DNA of 64,000 bases, taken from the NCBI GenBank assembly GCA_951804945.1, contig OX638151.1:74090001-74154000 (forward strand), given 5' to 3'. Positions 11,247 through 23,674 of this stretch are shown piece by piece. The translations under genes and the position numbers were made by a program. Each line of letters opens with the position of its first letter. The stretch's first letter is position 1. This DNA comes from Podarcis cretensis. Lineage: Eukaryota. A model generated the notes under the pieces. It was given only the letters and a program-made list of their open reading frames with translations, did no database searches and had not been told where the DNA came from.

Positions 11247-11637
11247 AACATAAGAAGAGCCTGCTAGATCAGGCCCATCTAGTTCAACATCATGTTCTCA
11301 CAGCAGCCAACCAGATGCCTGTGGGAGATCCACAGGCAGGACCTGAGGACCAAAGTGCATGTGCCTCCTGTGGTTTCCAGCAACTGGTATTCAGAAACAT
11401 ACTGCATCTGACCATGTGGGCAGAGTGTAGCCATCATGGCTAGTAGTCATTGACAGCTCTTTCCTGAAGGAATTGTCTAATCCTCTTCTAAAGCTATTGA
11501 AGTTGATGGCCATTGCTTCCTCCTGTGGGAGCAAATTCCATAGTTTATGCATTGCGTGAAGTACTTTCTTTTATCTATACTGAATACTGAAGCATTCAGC
11601 TTCACTGGATGTCCACAACTTCTAGCATTATGAGAAA
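11247..11637 (-). mobile_element. CR1 LINE 3' end
   Basis: Minus-strand translation ...GHPVKL...DKRKYFTQ... matches the CR1 ORF2 C-terminus; typical aacataagaagagcctgc terminus. Confidence 0.85.
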
Positions 11638-11698
11638 TTGCTAAAGCTGTTAACATGCTTGGTGTTGGCTCCTTTGGGAAGAAGGATGGAGTAAACAT

Positions 11699-11735
11699 GT
11701 TTTTTTTTTTTGTGTGTGTGTGTGTGTGTGTGTGT
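11699..11735. repeat. Poly(T)-(GT)n microsatellite
   Basis: Directly visible. Confidence 0.9.
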
Positions 11736-11944
11736 CTGGAAGAACTTCCTGACAGTAAGAGCTGTTTGATTGAGAGTGGAATGGATTCCCTCAGAAGGTT
11801 GTGGACTCTCCTTCCTTGGAGGTTTTTGAGCAGAGGTTGGATGGCCAACTGTCAGGGATTTTTAAGCTATGATTCCGGAATTGCAGGGGGTTACACTAGA
11901 TGGCCCTTGGGGGTGCCTTCCAACACTACGGTTTTCTGATTCTA
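11736..11944 (+). mobile_element. CR1 LINE 3' end
   Basis: aagaacttcctgacagtaagagctgtt...ctagatggcccttggggtgccttccaac...ttctgattcta, a CR1-type tail. Confidence 0.8.
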
Positions 11945-13189
11945 AGCCAGTAAGCAATATAATAATCAAATATAGTGTAAAGGAATCTTAGAAATACAAA
12001 AGAAATCAAATCTACATACCAAATAGAACTTAACTGTGTCTCAAAAAACTATGCAGACTAAAAAATACAATACAAAATATTAATAGTCAGGTACAAATAT
12101 TTTTAAATGTTACCCTGAGCTGTAAAAAATGATGCCCAATGGCTCATCAGACCAACTGCTACAAACAGCAAAAAGAGCAAGGAAGCAGGGGAAGAGAAAG
12201 AAAATGGGGGAGGGCAGGAGAACAAAAGAAAAGACAAGATGAGGGGAGTTTCATCATCAGCTGGTTTCAGTCTTCCCCTTCTGATGTCAGCCCAAGGATA
12301 GTGCCTCTTCCTGTTCCCAAACTGCTCAGCATCTCCCAGAAGCAGGGGTTGAGCAGCACTCTTTGAATAAGTCTGGGGGCCTGGTGTTTCAGATAGGCCA
12401 CAGCAGGTTTCAGTTTCCCCCCTTCTGACTATGTAGTCACACCACGCAACGATTGGCCCTGATATAGGTACGCAGATGGCTTTTTCTAATCACATTAATT
12501 GTAAAGGTATATGGCAAGTCCACTCACTAATTTTGTAATGCATGTTGTGGCCCTTGCCAAAGGTTCTTGCCAAATATTTTCCCACTGTCTGCTGACTTGT
12601 AGGATTCTAGTTGTGCACTGGAGTCTGTTGATTCTTTTAGTGAAAGTATTGTGGTAGATGTGTTTCAGATTGACATGAAATTTCAATCTGAGAAATCATT
12701 GCTTGTTTGTCATTTTTAAACAGTGAACTTAAAAACACAGTTGCATATATTTTTGTGGTTAATGCATGTAACTCCCACACTCATGCAAAAACCTTCGATA
12801 AGATTACAGCTGTGTTGCTTCCTGAAAGATACTGACAGATTTCACATTCTGCTTTGCGGATGTGCAGAGAGGTACTTCAAAAGCCTTTAGTATCACTGAC
12901 AGTCAACTGGCAGCTGTGTGCTGAACTCCTTGTTCTGGACACTTTGCCAAGTGCTTTATGCAAAACTAGGTTTGCAGTGAACCAGGTCTCATTGTTTTTA
13001 ATGGCATCAGTATGGTATACTGTAAACAAGTGTGGCTTGTTATGAAGCACAGATAGAAAATTTCCACAGACAGCACTTCTGCAACAAGGACAGTTCTCTT
13101 GGTTTCAGTGGTGAATTCTTTCTTTCCCCTGAAACCACAGCTGAAATGTTTATAGCTAAAAGTTCAGATAGTGCAATTTTCTTTTCTAG

Positions 13190-13255
13190 GAACTTGGAAT
13201 TAGGATCCCTAGACCACTGGGACAAGGACCAAGCAGATTCATCCCAGAGATGGAG
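13190..13255 (+). CDS. SESN1: Sestrin-1 coding exon 2, [22 protein letters not shown]
   Basis: Acceptor ttttctag|GAA, donor GAG|gtgcgt, 66 nt. Not in the ORF track; read manually. Confidence 0.95.
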
Positions 13256-13854
13256 GTGCGTGGTGATTTACGTTTTGCAAGTACACAGAGAACTTGTTAC
13301 ATTTTTTGGTGGTGGTGAATCTAGTATTGGCTGAGGAACAGCTGCAAAGTATTATTCACATGTCCACAGTAAATCATCAGGAGTTTGGCAAGAATTCTGC
13401 TGAATTAAAAAACAGTAATGTCCATATGGAATTTTGATATTTAATGGCACACTCATACTAGCTTGTCTTAATAAACCCAGTGTTGTTTGGATACTAGGTA
13501 AGGATTAGCTTGCCCTTTAATTGTAGTGGACATGTATATTTGTTTAAATCTAATTAACCAGCATGTTTTAGTGCATAGTGTGAGTGTATGAGAGAAGGTG
13601 AACAAGTGATCTTCCTGGGCTACTTCACACGCTGGCTGATATAAAACTTGGGTGGTAATAAGAGGCTTTATCAATGTGGCTTTGGTTAACATTACGCCAA
13701 GCTTAGTAGTCATAAACATGTTTCCCACAACAGCTAACTATTTAAATAGCTCAGCATTTTGGGGTACTACTGTTGCCTCTATAGGCTAGCATACTGCCCT
13801 TCAATAAATATATGTTCCCTGTCCACTTATCTCTGTTAAAATTTGATATAAAGC

Positions 13855-14090
13855 CTGAGGTTACAGGGAACCAGGCAGAGGGCTTTCTCAGTAGTGGTGC
13901 CCACCCCATGGAACACCCTCCCATCAGATGTCAAGGAAATAAACAGCTATCAGACATCTGAAGGCAGCCACATATCAGGAAATTTTTAATGTCTGATGAT
14001 TTACAATTTTTAATAGATGGTGTAAGCTGCCCAGAGTGGCTTAGGAAACCCAGCCAGATGGGTGGGGTATAAATAATAAACATATTATTA
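13855..14090 (+). mobile_element. L2-type LINE 3' end
   Basis: tggaacaccctcccatcagatgtcaagg...gaaacccagccagatgggtggggtataaataataaa followed by a (TAT)-like tail. A 3'-only stub of the same family is at about 31145-31190 on the minus strand. Confidence 0.75.
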
Positions 14091-14283
14091 CACGTTATTG
14101 ATCCAGCACACAATTTGCTATACTTGGGGATTCACTAAAGTCCTTCAGTTATGAGAAGCATCTCATTTGGTATATTAAGATTTAAGAACTGATTTGGAGC
14201 TAGTAATTATTAACAAATATTCATATTGGCTGCTATGTCTTTATTACAATGTTTTGCTACTATTCTTTTTCTAATTCAAACAG

Positions 14284-14484
14284 ATTATCCAAGTGAGCGC
14301 TGAAGATACCCACATGCATGCTTTGTTTGCAGAGTCTTTCACCACTTTAGGGCATTTGGACAACATTGCCTTGGTGATGGTTTTCCACCCACAGTACCTG
14401 GAGAGCTTTTTAAAAACTCAGCATTATCTGTTGCAGATGGATGGCCCATTGCCTCTTCACTATCGACACTACATTGGTATCATG
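14284..14484 (+). CDS. SESN1: Sestrin-1 coding exon 3, [10 protein letters not shown]...HYIGIM
   Basis: cag|ATT to ATG|gtaggt, 201 nt. Contains [24 protein letters not shown]. Confidence 0.97.
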
Positions 14485-16445
14485 GTAGGTTAAACTATGA
14501 AATAGAGAGCAATGGCAGTATTTTGTACATCTTTTAAAGTTTCTATATCAGATATGGCTGTACTTAAGAGAAACTTAGTATCTTTACAATCTCTTTGGCA
14601 CTAAACTAAAAAACATGTATGCTCACCCATGCATTTTATTCCTGTGTGTATTTTAATAATTTAGTTTTTGTTGCTTTAAAATGCTTAAGTGATTGTACAA
14701 TCAGAAAATTCTAAATTGAATGAAGTGTGTGTGTGTGTGTATAAAATATAAATGAAGTTTGTTAATTTTGTGGGAATTCTGTGTTCATATTGTGGCTAAC
14801 CTGTAGCCCTTTGGTAATATTGAGCTGCAATTCCCATCAGCTCCAGCCAGCATGACCAATGGATGGTAATGATGTGATTTCAAGTCGAACAACATCAGGG
14901 GTCGACCGTTAGGCATCTCTTGTGCATGTTTGTTGTGTATATTGGTCAGAAAGTATAGAGGAACAAATGTGTTTAATTTTTGCAATCTGGAACACTTATT
15001 TCTAATATTTCTACTTATTTCTACATTATAATTTTTCAGTGGCTAGAATAGCAGAGGAATTATTTAAGGCATTCTAGCTAGTAGTGGTCAGCGGAACAGG
15101 GCAGCTGCACTCACCTGACCTCCTGTTACCCCATGCCACTGCTGCTTACTGAGAGCCAGAGGTGGAGTGACAAAGGCATGGTGCAAACACACGGATGGGA
15201 ACACTGGATTGTGGCTCTACAAGTGCATTTGTACCTTGCTTCTGCTTCTCCCCTTCACCTCCTGGTGACCACCACCAGCAAAGGCGACAGGAAGGTGAGG
15301 TGAGTGGCCTCATCCTGTCAGCTTCTACTTATTCTGGCAGTTCTATTTGCCCTGAACAAATCTGACTGCAGCAGTGGGGAAAAGGTTTCACTGGTCTAAA
15401 TATCCTCTCCAAGCTGCTATTAGTTCTTCCTGGAAAGTAATTGTATTCCCCCCCTCCAAAGAAAACAAAAGGCTGAAATGCGCATAATTCAGGGCAAACA
15501 ATAGGGAGGTGTTTTTTTTTGGGGGGGGGGATAGATTTAGATTAGTGAAATAATGTAGGAGAGGAAAAGGTTTAAACAATTTCTTTCCTAGCACTGTTGC
15601 TGCAATCAAATTTAAGCAAAATCTAAAATGGCAAGAGACCGAGTCACACATCTTTTAATACTTTGTAGTTGGCTCATTTGTGACCAAATAATTTAAGACT
15701 GTCTGTTGAGGTTCTAGTATTATTGCTGCAGCTTTCCAGGAAATCTGTCGAACAAAGAGAATGACAGTTGTGGGAGGAAACATCTAATGATGGCTGTTGT
15801 TAAAACAGTGTTCAAGCTGTTTTCTCTAGCCTTCATGTATAAAAGGGATTGGAGGAACTAGACAAAAATAGCAGAAACAAAGTATCTCTGATATATTTAA
15901 GTTAAAATTATGGGCTGCAATCTTATATAATTTTACCTGGAACAAAGTGGCCCTTTTTTGCAAGGACGTCTTGTGTAAAAGAATTTGCCCTTCTTCTTAT
16001 ACCCCCTCCCCCCGCATGCCCCCTAAATCTGTTCTGGGGGCATCCTCCAGTCCTCTGGAGCAAATTGGGAGGGGGTTGCAAGGAGATAAGGGAGGAGAAG
16101 TTCTGTTGCTTGAGTATTTGTGTGGAAAGAAAAATTTCATTGGATGCAACCAGTCAGTGGGACTTGATTCTGAGTACACTGGTTTATAAAGTGAATACAT
16201 TTGTATATGGTAAAGAAATAAAAGTTGCTGTTGTACTGCTTTTGCCATATACAAAGCACACACAGAAATAAACCACTAAGCAAGCAAAATACATAAACAT
16301 TACTACACAGGCAGGTTTGGTTTTTTGTTGTTGTTTCCCATTCTTGAGCATAGCTATACTCTGTAACTATCCATATTGATAGGCAAGGAACTTCCCTGCA
16401 GGGAATCTCTCAGTTTGATAGTTCTTGTGCTTGTTTTTCCTCCAG

Positions 16446-16628
16446 GCTGCAGCTAGGCACCAGTGCTCCTACTTGGTTAACGTCCATGTCAATTGCTTTC
16501 TTCATGTTGGGGGAGACCCTAAGTGGTTGAATGGTCTAGAGAATGCACCTCAAAAACTGCAGAATTTGGGTGAATTGAATAAAATCTTGGCACACAGACC
16601 ATGGCTCATTACCAAAGAACATATTGAA
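16446..16628 (+). CDS. SESN1: Sestrin-1 coding exon 4, [10 protein letters not shown]...KEHIE (AhpD-like active-site Cys)
   Basis: ccag|GCT to GAA|gtgagt, 183 nt. Confidence 0.97.
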
Positions 16629-17575
16629 GTGAGTATTTTACTTACTTACTTACTTATTTACATATAAATACTATATATGTAAGCTCCCTTAACATTTTTA
16701 TTTATATTTAAAGCTTTTCAAGCGTCTCTAGTATTTTAATCCATACCTTTTTAAATATTTACTACCATGTGCTGTGTCATAAGATGCTAAAACATTCAAA
16801 CCATCTTAATAGGAAACACAAGTGCTAAGTGTCTGTGCTGAACAACATTCTTACTTGGAAATTTACTTCTGGGATACCAGCTGGTTTTTTTTGGGGGGGG
16901 GCATGGCATAGTACTAGGTACTTGCCAAGTCTTGATATATAGCTCTCAGATGGATGGGCACCATCCTTAAACTATGATTCATGTTGTTCGCATATAGCAC
17001 CTGATGCTGAAGGATCATTTAGGGACATGGTAGGTCCAAGTGCTTTCTTTTCTTTCTTTCTTTCTCTCTCTCTCTTTCTTTCTCTCTCCTTTTTGAACCC
17101 TGAGATTAACCATCTAATGTTGATTTCCATTTGTCAAAACAAAACAAAACTGAATTATATTTTTAACTAGCTCTCATTATACTAGACAGTATCATTTTAG
17201 TGTATCGGTGACTAATTTGTCCCTGAACACCTGACCTTAGATACTTTAAAAAGTAATTAGAAATTAGTGTTTAGGATTATTTGGTCTCCCATAGCTTAGC
17301 TAGTGTACATTTTTGTTTCAAAATTATCTAAACTACCTTCAACTTTGATAATAGAGCAATATCACGTATAAAGTTGCAGAGCTATAAAGTATTCACCTAG
17401 TTGAAAATCTTGTTCGTGGGTGTTCAGTCCCTGCATTTAGTAGGATCTTTCTGATATAAAAGCATGAGTGTGTGTCATGCTAGAAACATCTGTGGCCTTA
17501 TTGTATAATCAGATTTGTGAGGTAGCTACAAGCAAAGTTTCTAAGAGAACTTATAAATCTTTTTTCCTCCTGAAG

Positions 17576-17815
17576 CAACTTCTAAAGACTGAAGAACATA
17601 GCTGGTCCCTGGCAGAACTGATCCATGCTGTAGTTCTCCTTACACATTATCATTCGCTTGCGTCCTTCACATTTGGCTGTGGAATCAACCCAGAAATTCA
17701 CTGTGATGGTGGTCACACGTTCAGGTCACCTTCTGTCAGTGGCTACTGCATTTGTGATATCGCAAATGGAAATCATGGTGTGTATGAGATGCAGGGCCCA
17801 GCTGCAAATATTGCT
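17576..17815 (+). CDS. SESN1: Sestrin-1 coding exon 5, [15 protein letters not shown]...AANIA
   Basis: gaag|CAA to GCT|gtaagt, 240 nt. Confidence 0.95.
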
Positions 17816-18083
17816 GTAAGTATTTCACATATATTAAGTTACATACATGAACATTTTTTTCCAGCATTTCCACTGGTAGTGAAGTATATATACATGAAAG
17901 TATATGAAAAATCCCAGTAGCACTTTTTTATTCATTGGGGGTGGGGGCACAAATCAGTGACTTTTCAAAGCAGCAAATGTATTTGTACTTGTATGAATGT
18001 AGAAATTGTATTTGTATTTTCTGAAGCAAACACATCAGGGAAGCCCAGTTAGACCAAGGTCCCTAAATGTGGATAACGTACAG

Positions 18084-18219
18084 CAGGCATAGGCAAACTT
18101 GGCCCTCCAGACGTTTTGGGACTATGACTCCCATCACCCCTAGCTAACAGGACCAGTGGTCAGGGATGATGGGAGTTGTAGTCCCAAAACATCTGGAGGG
18201 CCGAGTTTGCCTATGCCTG
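18084..18219. mobile_element. Young hAT MITE, 136-bp near-perfect hairpin
   Basis: About 58-bp inverted arms starting CAGGCATAGGCAAACT; 8-bp TSD ACGTACAG/ACGTACAC. Confidence 0.9.
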
Positions 18220-18358
18220 ACGTACACACTTGATATGGAAAATACAAGTGTCAGTTCAAGAAATTTATTTGCCGTGAAAGGTGTGGAGCTGATCTGAGTT
18301 TCCCAAAATTGAACTGAAATTGTTCAAGTCCTCACTAATTTAATATGATGGTTTAGTT

Positions 18359-18581
18359 CAGGGGTCGGCAACCTAAGGCCCATGGGCCACAAGCAGCCGA
18401 CAGGGGTCGTTTAACCAGCCCACAAGCCGCCTGCTCGGCGAGTCCCCATGGGCTGTGCTAAACCAGCACAGTGTGGGGACTCACTTCCGCAACGCCGAAA
18501 ATTGTGGGCGTGATCTGGCCCACAGAGGGATCTCCACTGGAGTGAACTGGCCCAAGGCAAAGTAAACCTTGCCGACCCCTG
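18359..18581. mobile_element. Non-autonomous hAT (Charlie-like) DNA transposon
   Basis: TIR CAGGGGTCGGCAA / TTGCCGACCCCTG; 8-bp TSD GTTTAGTT/GTTTAGCT. Confidence 0.88.
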
Positions 18582-19425
18582 GTTTAGCTGGTCTAGTGAC
18601 TTTTGCCATTGTCAAAAACAATGTGTCACTGAGAATTATCAAAAGGTTCCTAAGGTGAGAGACAGGCTTACCATGAAGCAGATTCCAACTCCCAAGAATG
18701 CACATACACTTTGTATGTATGTGTATTATTATTATTATTATTATTAACAACCACACAATGTGAAAAGCAGTCCTAATGAATTTCAGTTATAAAAAACACA
18801 TCACATTTCACAAGTGAGATGTTTAATCAGTAATGTTGCTATCTTTTGCGGGTGGGGGGGTGAAGTACTAGCAGGAATAGAGCATTTGTTTTAATTATTC
18901 CTAACATCTTTTACATCAAACTACAGCCTGAGAACAAGGTGATAGACAGAAATTGGATGTTATGTCACTTATGTTGGATGTTATATCAACTAAATTTTCT
19001 TGTAGGTATGTGATGCCAATTTTAAATGTAGCTGTTGTGTTTTTTGTTAATAGCATTTTAAGAAAGTGCAACCTTTTTTTTTTTTAAATAGGCATTTTTA
19101 AAGAACTTTAGATCTTTGGACAGCATTTTGCACAAGCTGCAGCTTTTGGACAAAACTTAATAGGATGTACTTCAGTCGAAGCTACTAATGCATCAAACAC
19201 TGTAGCCAGGTATCCCTGTCCAGAAACAGCTATAACTGTTAATTCTGCATTACATCATTGCATAATAAAGGCAAATAGAATATCCACGAAACTGAGGGCA
19301 CCATTGAATTTAAGGTAGTAAGCAGGGAGGCATAGAACTGGAACATGGTATAATGCTTATACTGTGACTGTATACTCTCAGTACAATATCCCAATGCATT
19401 AGAATATTGGTTTGTGTTTTTTAAG

Positions 19426-19573
19426 ACCACCGAGCCTTTCTGTGAAGTAGAAGCACTTATGGAAAAACTGAAGCAACTACAGGAATGCAGAGATGATGTT
19501 AAAGCCAGTCAAGAAGAAAAGGCCACTCGTTTTGAGAAGGAAAAGAGAGAAAGCATGTTGGTGTGTTGCTCAG
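19426..19573 (+). CDS. SESN1: Sestrin-1 coding exon 6, [14 protein letters not shown]...LVCCS
   Basis: ttaag|ACC to CAG|gtggga, 148 nt, ends in phase 1. Confidence 0.93.
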
Positions 19574-21147
19574 GTGGGAACATAGTTAAAGTCAACATAT
19601 CTTTAAAAACCATCTTGGCTTGTGGCGCATGTCTTAGTGTTGCCTATCAAGTTAAATAGCAAAATGCTTTTGTCAATTCCAGATCACAGCAAGTTTCCAC
19701 TGTCATGAATAGATAATGAAACACCACATTAAAACACTGATCTCCTTTATAACTCAAAATCTTAATTACAAGTTAATCAGTTCATCTGGGTAGTTGTCCA
19801 AGACAAACCTACGCATGTAGGTAGGTATGTTGCCAAGGGATGTGTGTGTTGGGATGCCCCACCCAGTATGTCTACTGCTTAATTAAGGTGACCCTTTCCC
19901 ACTGGCTGTCAGCTAACACTAGCAGCAGAAGAGAGCCCTGGCCTTCCCTACTTGGAACAGCCACCTAGAGTCGTTTATTTCATTCGTTAGGCACCTACAC
20001 AAGAAAGTCCAGGTATATTAAAATGAAAACACAAACCCAGCAACAAGCAGATCTGCAGTCTGCTTGCACCTAACACTGTTGCTGTGCACTTTATTTTGGA
20101 GCATAATGGGGTGTGGGGGTATGGACTTTGTTTCCATTAACACTGTTGATTGTACCAAGACCACAGCTAATCTTATGTACCTGACCATGCTTGTTACTTC
20201 TGTGAGTCTGGAGTTTATGGCCTCCCAATGGGGAGTGAGTCTGTATCTGGAGTGTTGCCATACCAACACAGAGAAAGCATTAAATATTAGGAACTGTTTG
20301 CCATTAACATGTATACATGATTAGGTGGAAATACGCAGGCAAAATAGTGCTTGAAACTAAAGATGTCCTCCTTTTGCTATACTTTGGTTTTACTCCCATC
20401 TTAAATTCTGTTTATATCCTCCTTTCCACTGCCATATAAACCTAGAAGCAGGATGTTGCTAGTTGTTGACATGGCTTTCTGTAGCATTCATTTTTTATTT
20501 TATCTTAGAAAGTTTAGTATTGTTGTGTCAGTGCAGTGTCATGTCAAGAGCACATGGATGCAAGGACATACCCAATGAAAAACTAGTGTAGTGTTGGGCT
20601 GCATGTTATCCCAAAGTTTGGCTGAAATCCTAAAAATACTGGCTTTCAGTTTAAAGCAACAATGCGTTTCAATCCCATCTGACTATACTGACGAGCTTGA
20701 AATATACAGCCTGAAATGCTAAGACCAGAAACAAGAAGACTTGTTACTAATTTCTGGCCCTGTATTTTTTTCTGTTCATCAAGTTAGACGTTTCTTCTCA
20801 AGGGCCATTCTCACATTTGAAAATAGTTAAGAAATGCATCTGTACTTTGCATCTGCCGTGTAGAGAAATTATATGCTCACTACTTGCATTATATACTACT
20901 TGAATTATATACTCACTACTTGCATTAATATGTGGATGTTATTTTATTTATATAAATAAATAAAAATGCAAAATAAACACAAAATACAGAGTTATGGCCT
21001 TGAATTTCACATAACTGAAGGATACGGAACTGGCGGCCCTTTATCATATAGGTTCAGTGCTGCATTTTAAAAAAGGTTTTGTCTAATAAACTATCAATTT
21101 TAATTGATTTCATGTGTATTTAGTTTGTATCCCTTTAGTCTAGAAAA

Positions 21148-21510
21148 GGGGACGCAGGTGGCGCTGTGGGTTAAAGCCTCAGCGCCTAGGGCTTGCCGAT
21201 CGAAAGGTCGGCGGTTCGAATCCCTGCGGCAGGGTGCGCTCCCGCTGCTCGGTCCCAGCGCCTGCCAACCTAGCAGTTCGAAAGCACCTCCGGGTGCAAG
21301 TAGATAAATAGGGACCGCTTACCAGCGGGAAGGTAAACGGCGTTTCCGTGTGCGGCTCTGGCTCGCCAGAGCAGCGATGTCACGCTGGCCACATGACCCG
21401 GAAGTGTCTCCGGACAGCGCTGGCCCCTGGCCTCTTAAGTGAGATGGGCGCACAACCCCAGAGTCTGTCAAGACTGGCCCGTACGGGCAGGGGTACCTTT
21501 ACCTTTACCT
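21148..21510 (+). mobile_element. Sauria SINE, full-length young copy B
   Basis: Near-identical to copy A; TSD TTTAGTCTAGAAAAGG (21134-21149 / 21511-21526). Confidence 0.92.
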
Positions 21511-21607
21511 TTTAGTCTAGAAAAGGATTTTCAATTTTTAAATTGTAGCCATTTGCATCAGGGCTTTCTGTGTTAAGTTTTGCAATGTTTTGTTACATTT
21601 TTAACAG

Positions 21608-21720
21608 AAGATGAAGAATCTGTGCCAACAAGAGATGTGTCTCGCCACTTTGAGGATACTAGCTATGGCTATAAAGATTTCTCCAGACATGGAATGCAAG
21701 TACCTACGTTCCATGTTCAG
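21608..21720 (+). CDS. SESN1: Sestrin-1 coding exon 7, (E)[28 protein letters not shown]...FHVQ
   Basis: aacag|AAG (NAGNAG) to CAG|gtagga, 113 nt. Confidence 0.94.
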
Positions 21721-21918
21721 GTAGGACTTAGGTTGCAAGTAGCAAAACTTGGAAGAGTGCGCTGCATAATTAGTATTTATACACTAAGCTCATTGTAGGG
21801 CTTTACTATTATCCTAAGAAAATAAGATAGTGTTTCCAAGCTTAGTTTAAAACTGTGTGTGTAATACAATGGCATCTTTCTTGGGAACTTGCACTCACGT
21901 ACTGAATTTGTTTTTAAG

Positions 21919-22109
21919 GACTATTCATGGGAAGACCATGGCTATTCATTGGTAAATCGTCTCTATCCAGATGTGGGGCAGTTGATAGATGAGAAGTTTC
22001 AGATTGCATACAACCTGACTTACAACACAATGGCTATGCATAAAGATGTGGATACCTCAATGCTCAGGCGGGCAATCTGGAATTATATCCATTGTATGTT
22101 TGGAATAAG
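21919..22109 (+). CDS. SESN1: Sestrin-1 coding exon 8, [11 protein letters not shown]...HCMFGI(R)
   Basis: ttaag|GAC to AG|gttggt, 191 nt. Carries the leucine-pocket motif TYNT...DTSMLRR. Confidence 0.97.
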
Positions 22110-22803
22110 GTTGGTCCTGTTATCTGTATATGGGCAGCTTTATGGTAACACTGTGCACTTGTTTGTTATGGTAGACATTGTTGACATTCTGAGTTTAGTA
22201 TATATAACCTGTAAAGAATACTTTGCAAAACCTACATCAAAAGTTATGTTGTCCCAAACTGTAGCAGTCATGGATACATTAATTGGATAAGCAAGAGGAG
22301 AAGGTAGTGGCTCTTAGTAACTCCTTATCAGGAGTTCCAGGTCAGAGCAAACAGCCTAGTGGCTTGGAATGTAATTTGCCTTAATTTGAATAAAATAAAA
22401 TGCTAGTATGGAATAGGGTTGTATACTACTCTCAGGTTCATGGCCTGAAGAAATCGCCAAGGAACTGGAATTATTTGTGGGTAGGGGCATGGGAAGCAGT
22501 GATCTGCAGGATAGAGAAAGGCAGAAGAAACTTGTAGGACTGTAAGTACCATGTGATAGTGCTTATACACACAAAGGAAGTAATCTTCCAGAGCTGTGGG
22601 AAGCAAAGAAAAGCACTGGAGAAGGGAAGTTGTTCAACTGCAGAGAAGAGGAGAAAGTATTCAGAAGGCTACTGTCATGGGGCTGTGGTTGGAGATCCAC
22701 AGAAACACCTATTCCTGTCAAGTAGCTAGTACGATTGATTGTACTGTAATGACAAAAATGTTTGTTTTTGGAGAGATAAAATTTTTCCCTTAATTCCAAA
22801 CAG

Positions 22804-22948
22804 ATATGATGACTATGACTATGGTGAAATTAACCAGCTACTGGACCGCAGTTTTAAAATTTACATCAAAACTGTGGTGTGTGCTCCTGAGAAGACTACA
22901 AACAGAATGTATGATAGCTTTTGGAGACAGTTCAAACACTCTGAGAAG
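22804..22948 (+). CDS. SESN1: Sestrin-1 coding exon 9, [16 protein letters not shown]...FKHSEK
   Basis: cag|ATAT to AAG|gtaggt, 145 nt. Carries the GATOR2-binding DD motif. Confidence 0.97.
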
Positions 22949-23587
22949 GTAGGTTCTTCAAACATATATTTTGACTTTGCTATATTGAGCAATAATGTTG
23001 CTTGATAGTTAGATAATGAGGCCAATACATTTTGTTTGCAACTCCCATGATTCTACGTAGATTTAATCTCCCATTTATTACAAACTTGTATACTTTTTTC
23101 AAATAAGCAGTGTTTGTATTTTTACATTCATAGTATGAGAGAATAAGGATTATAATGTTGCAAGCTTGATCAAAGACCTCATTAAGGTAGGCCTCTGCCT
23201 GCTGCACCTACTATGTTCTTGGATCCCAGGGAAGGCTCTACACAGTGCCTTCATTTTACATTGGCCAACCTTATCACACAGAGAGGATGTATTGGACACT
23301 ATTTCCCACTTGCCTGTCTTCTGTACACAGGATTCTAGTGGTTTAATATTTTTTTGTGTTGATTCATTTTAATACTTTCAAACTGTGACCATGGCTGTCA
23401 GATGGAGAAACATGCACTCTTTACAGATCCAGGGCCAGTAGCCACCATGCCACTGCTACTGGGTTCACAGCCTAATGGGTTGACCAGTGAAACATTTAAT
23501 CGCAGAAATCCTGCATGCTTGACAACAATACTCTGGACAGGAGACGTACTTGAAACTTAGCTATGTTTCTTCTCTTCTTCTTTAAAG

Positions 23588-23674
23588 GTTCATGTCAATT
23601 TGCTTCTCATAGAAGCGCGGATGCAGGCGGAACTGCTGTATGCTCTGAGAGCCATTACTCGCTACATGACCTGA
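23588..23674 (+). CDS. SESN1: Sestrin-1 last coding exon, [28 protein letters not shown]
   Basis: taaag|GTT to TGA at 23672-23674; canonical sestrin C-terminus. Confidence 0.97.
   Translation, partial: VHVNLLLIEARMQAELLYALRAITRYMT

Larger units (their letters stand above)
9044..23674 (+). other. SESN1: SESN1 gene span (start codon to stop codon), 10 coding exons, 482 aa short isoform
   Basis: Spliced exons translate to a continuous sestrin protein ([17 protein letters not shown]...ARHQCSYL...[26 protein letters not shown]...YDDY...LRAITRYMT*). All introns are GT-AG and phases are consistent. Confidence 0.97.

Noticed and set aside
15920-16190. Imperfect hairpin segments (similar ones at about 33430-33600, 42325-42760 and 50240-50450) as ncRNA genes
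   Set aside because: They look like old, decayed palindromic DNA-transposon remnants. Boundaries and TSDs could not be defined and no ncRNA family motifs were recognised.
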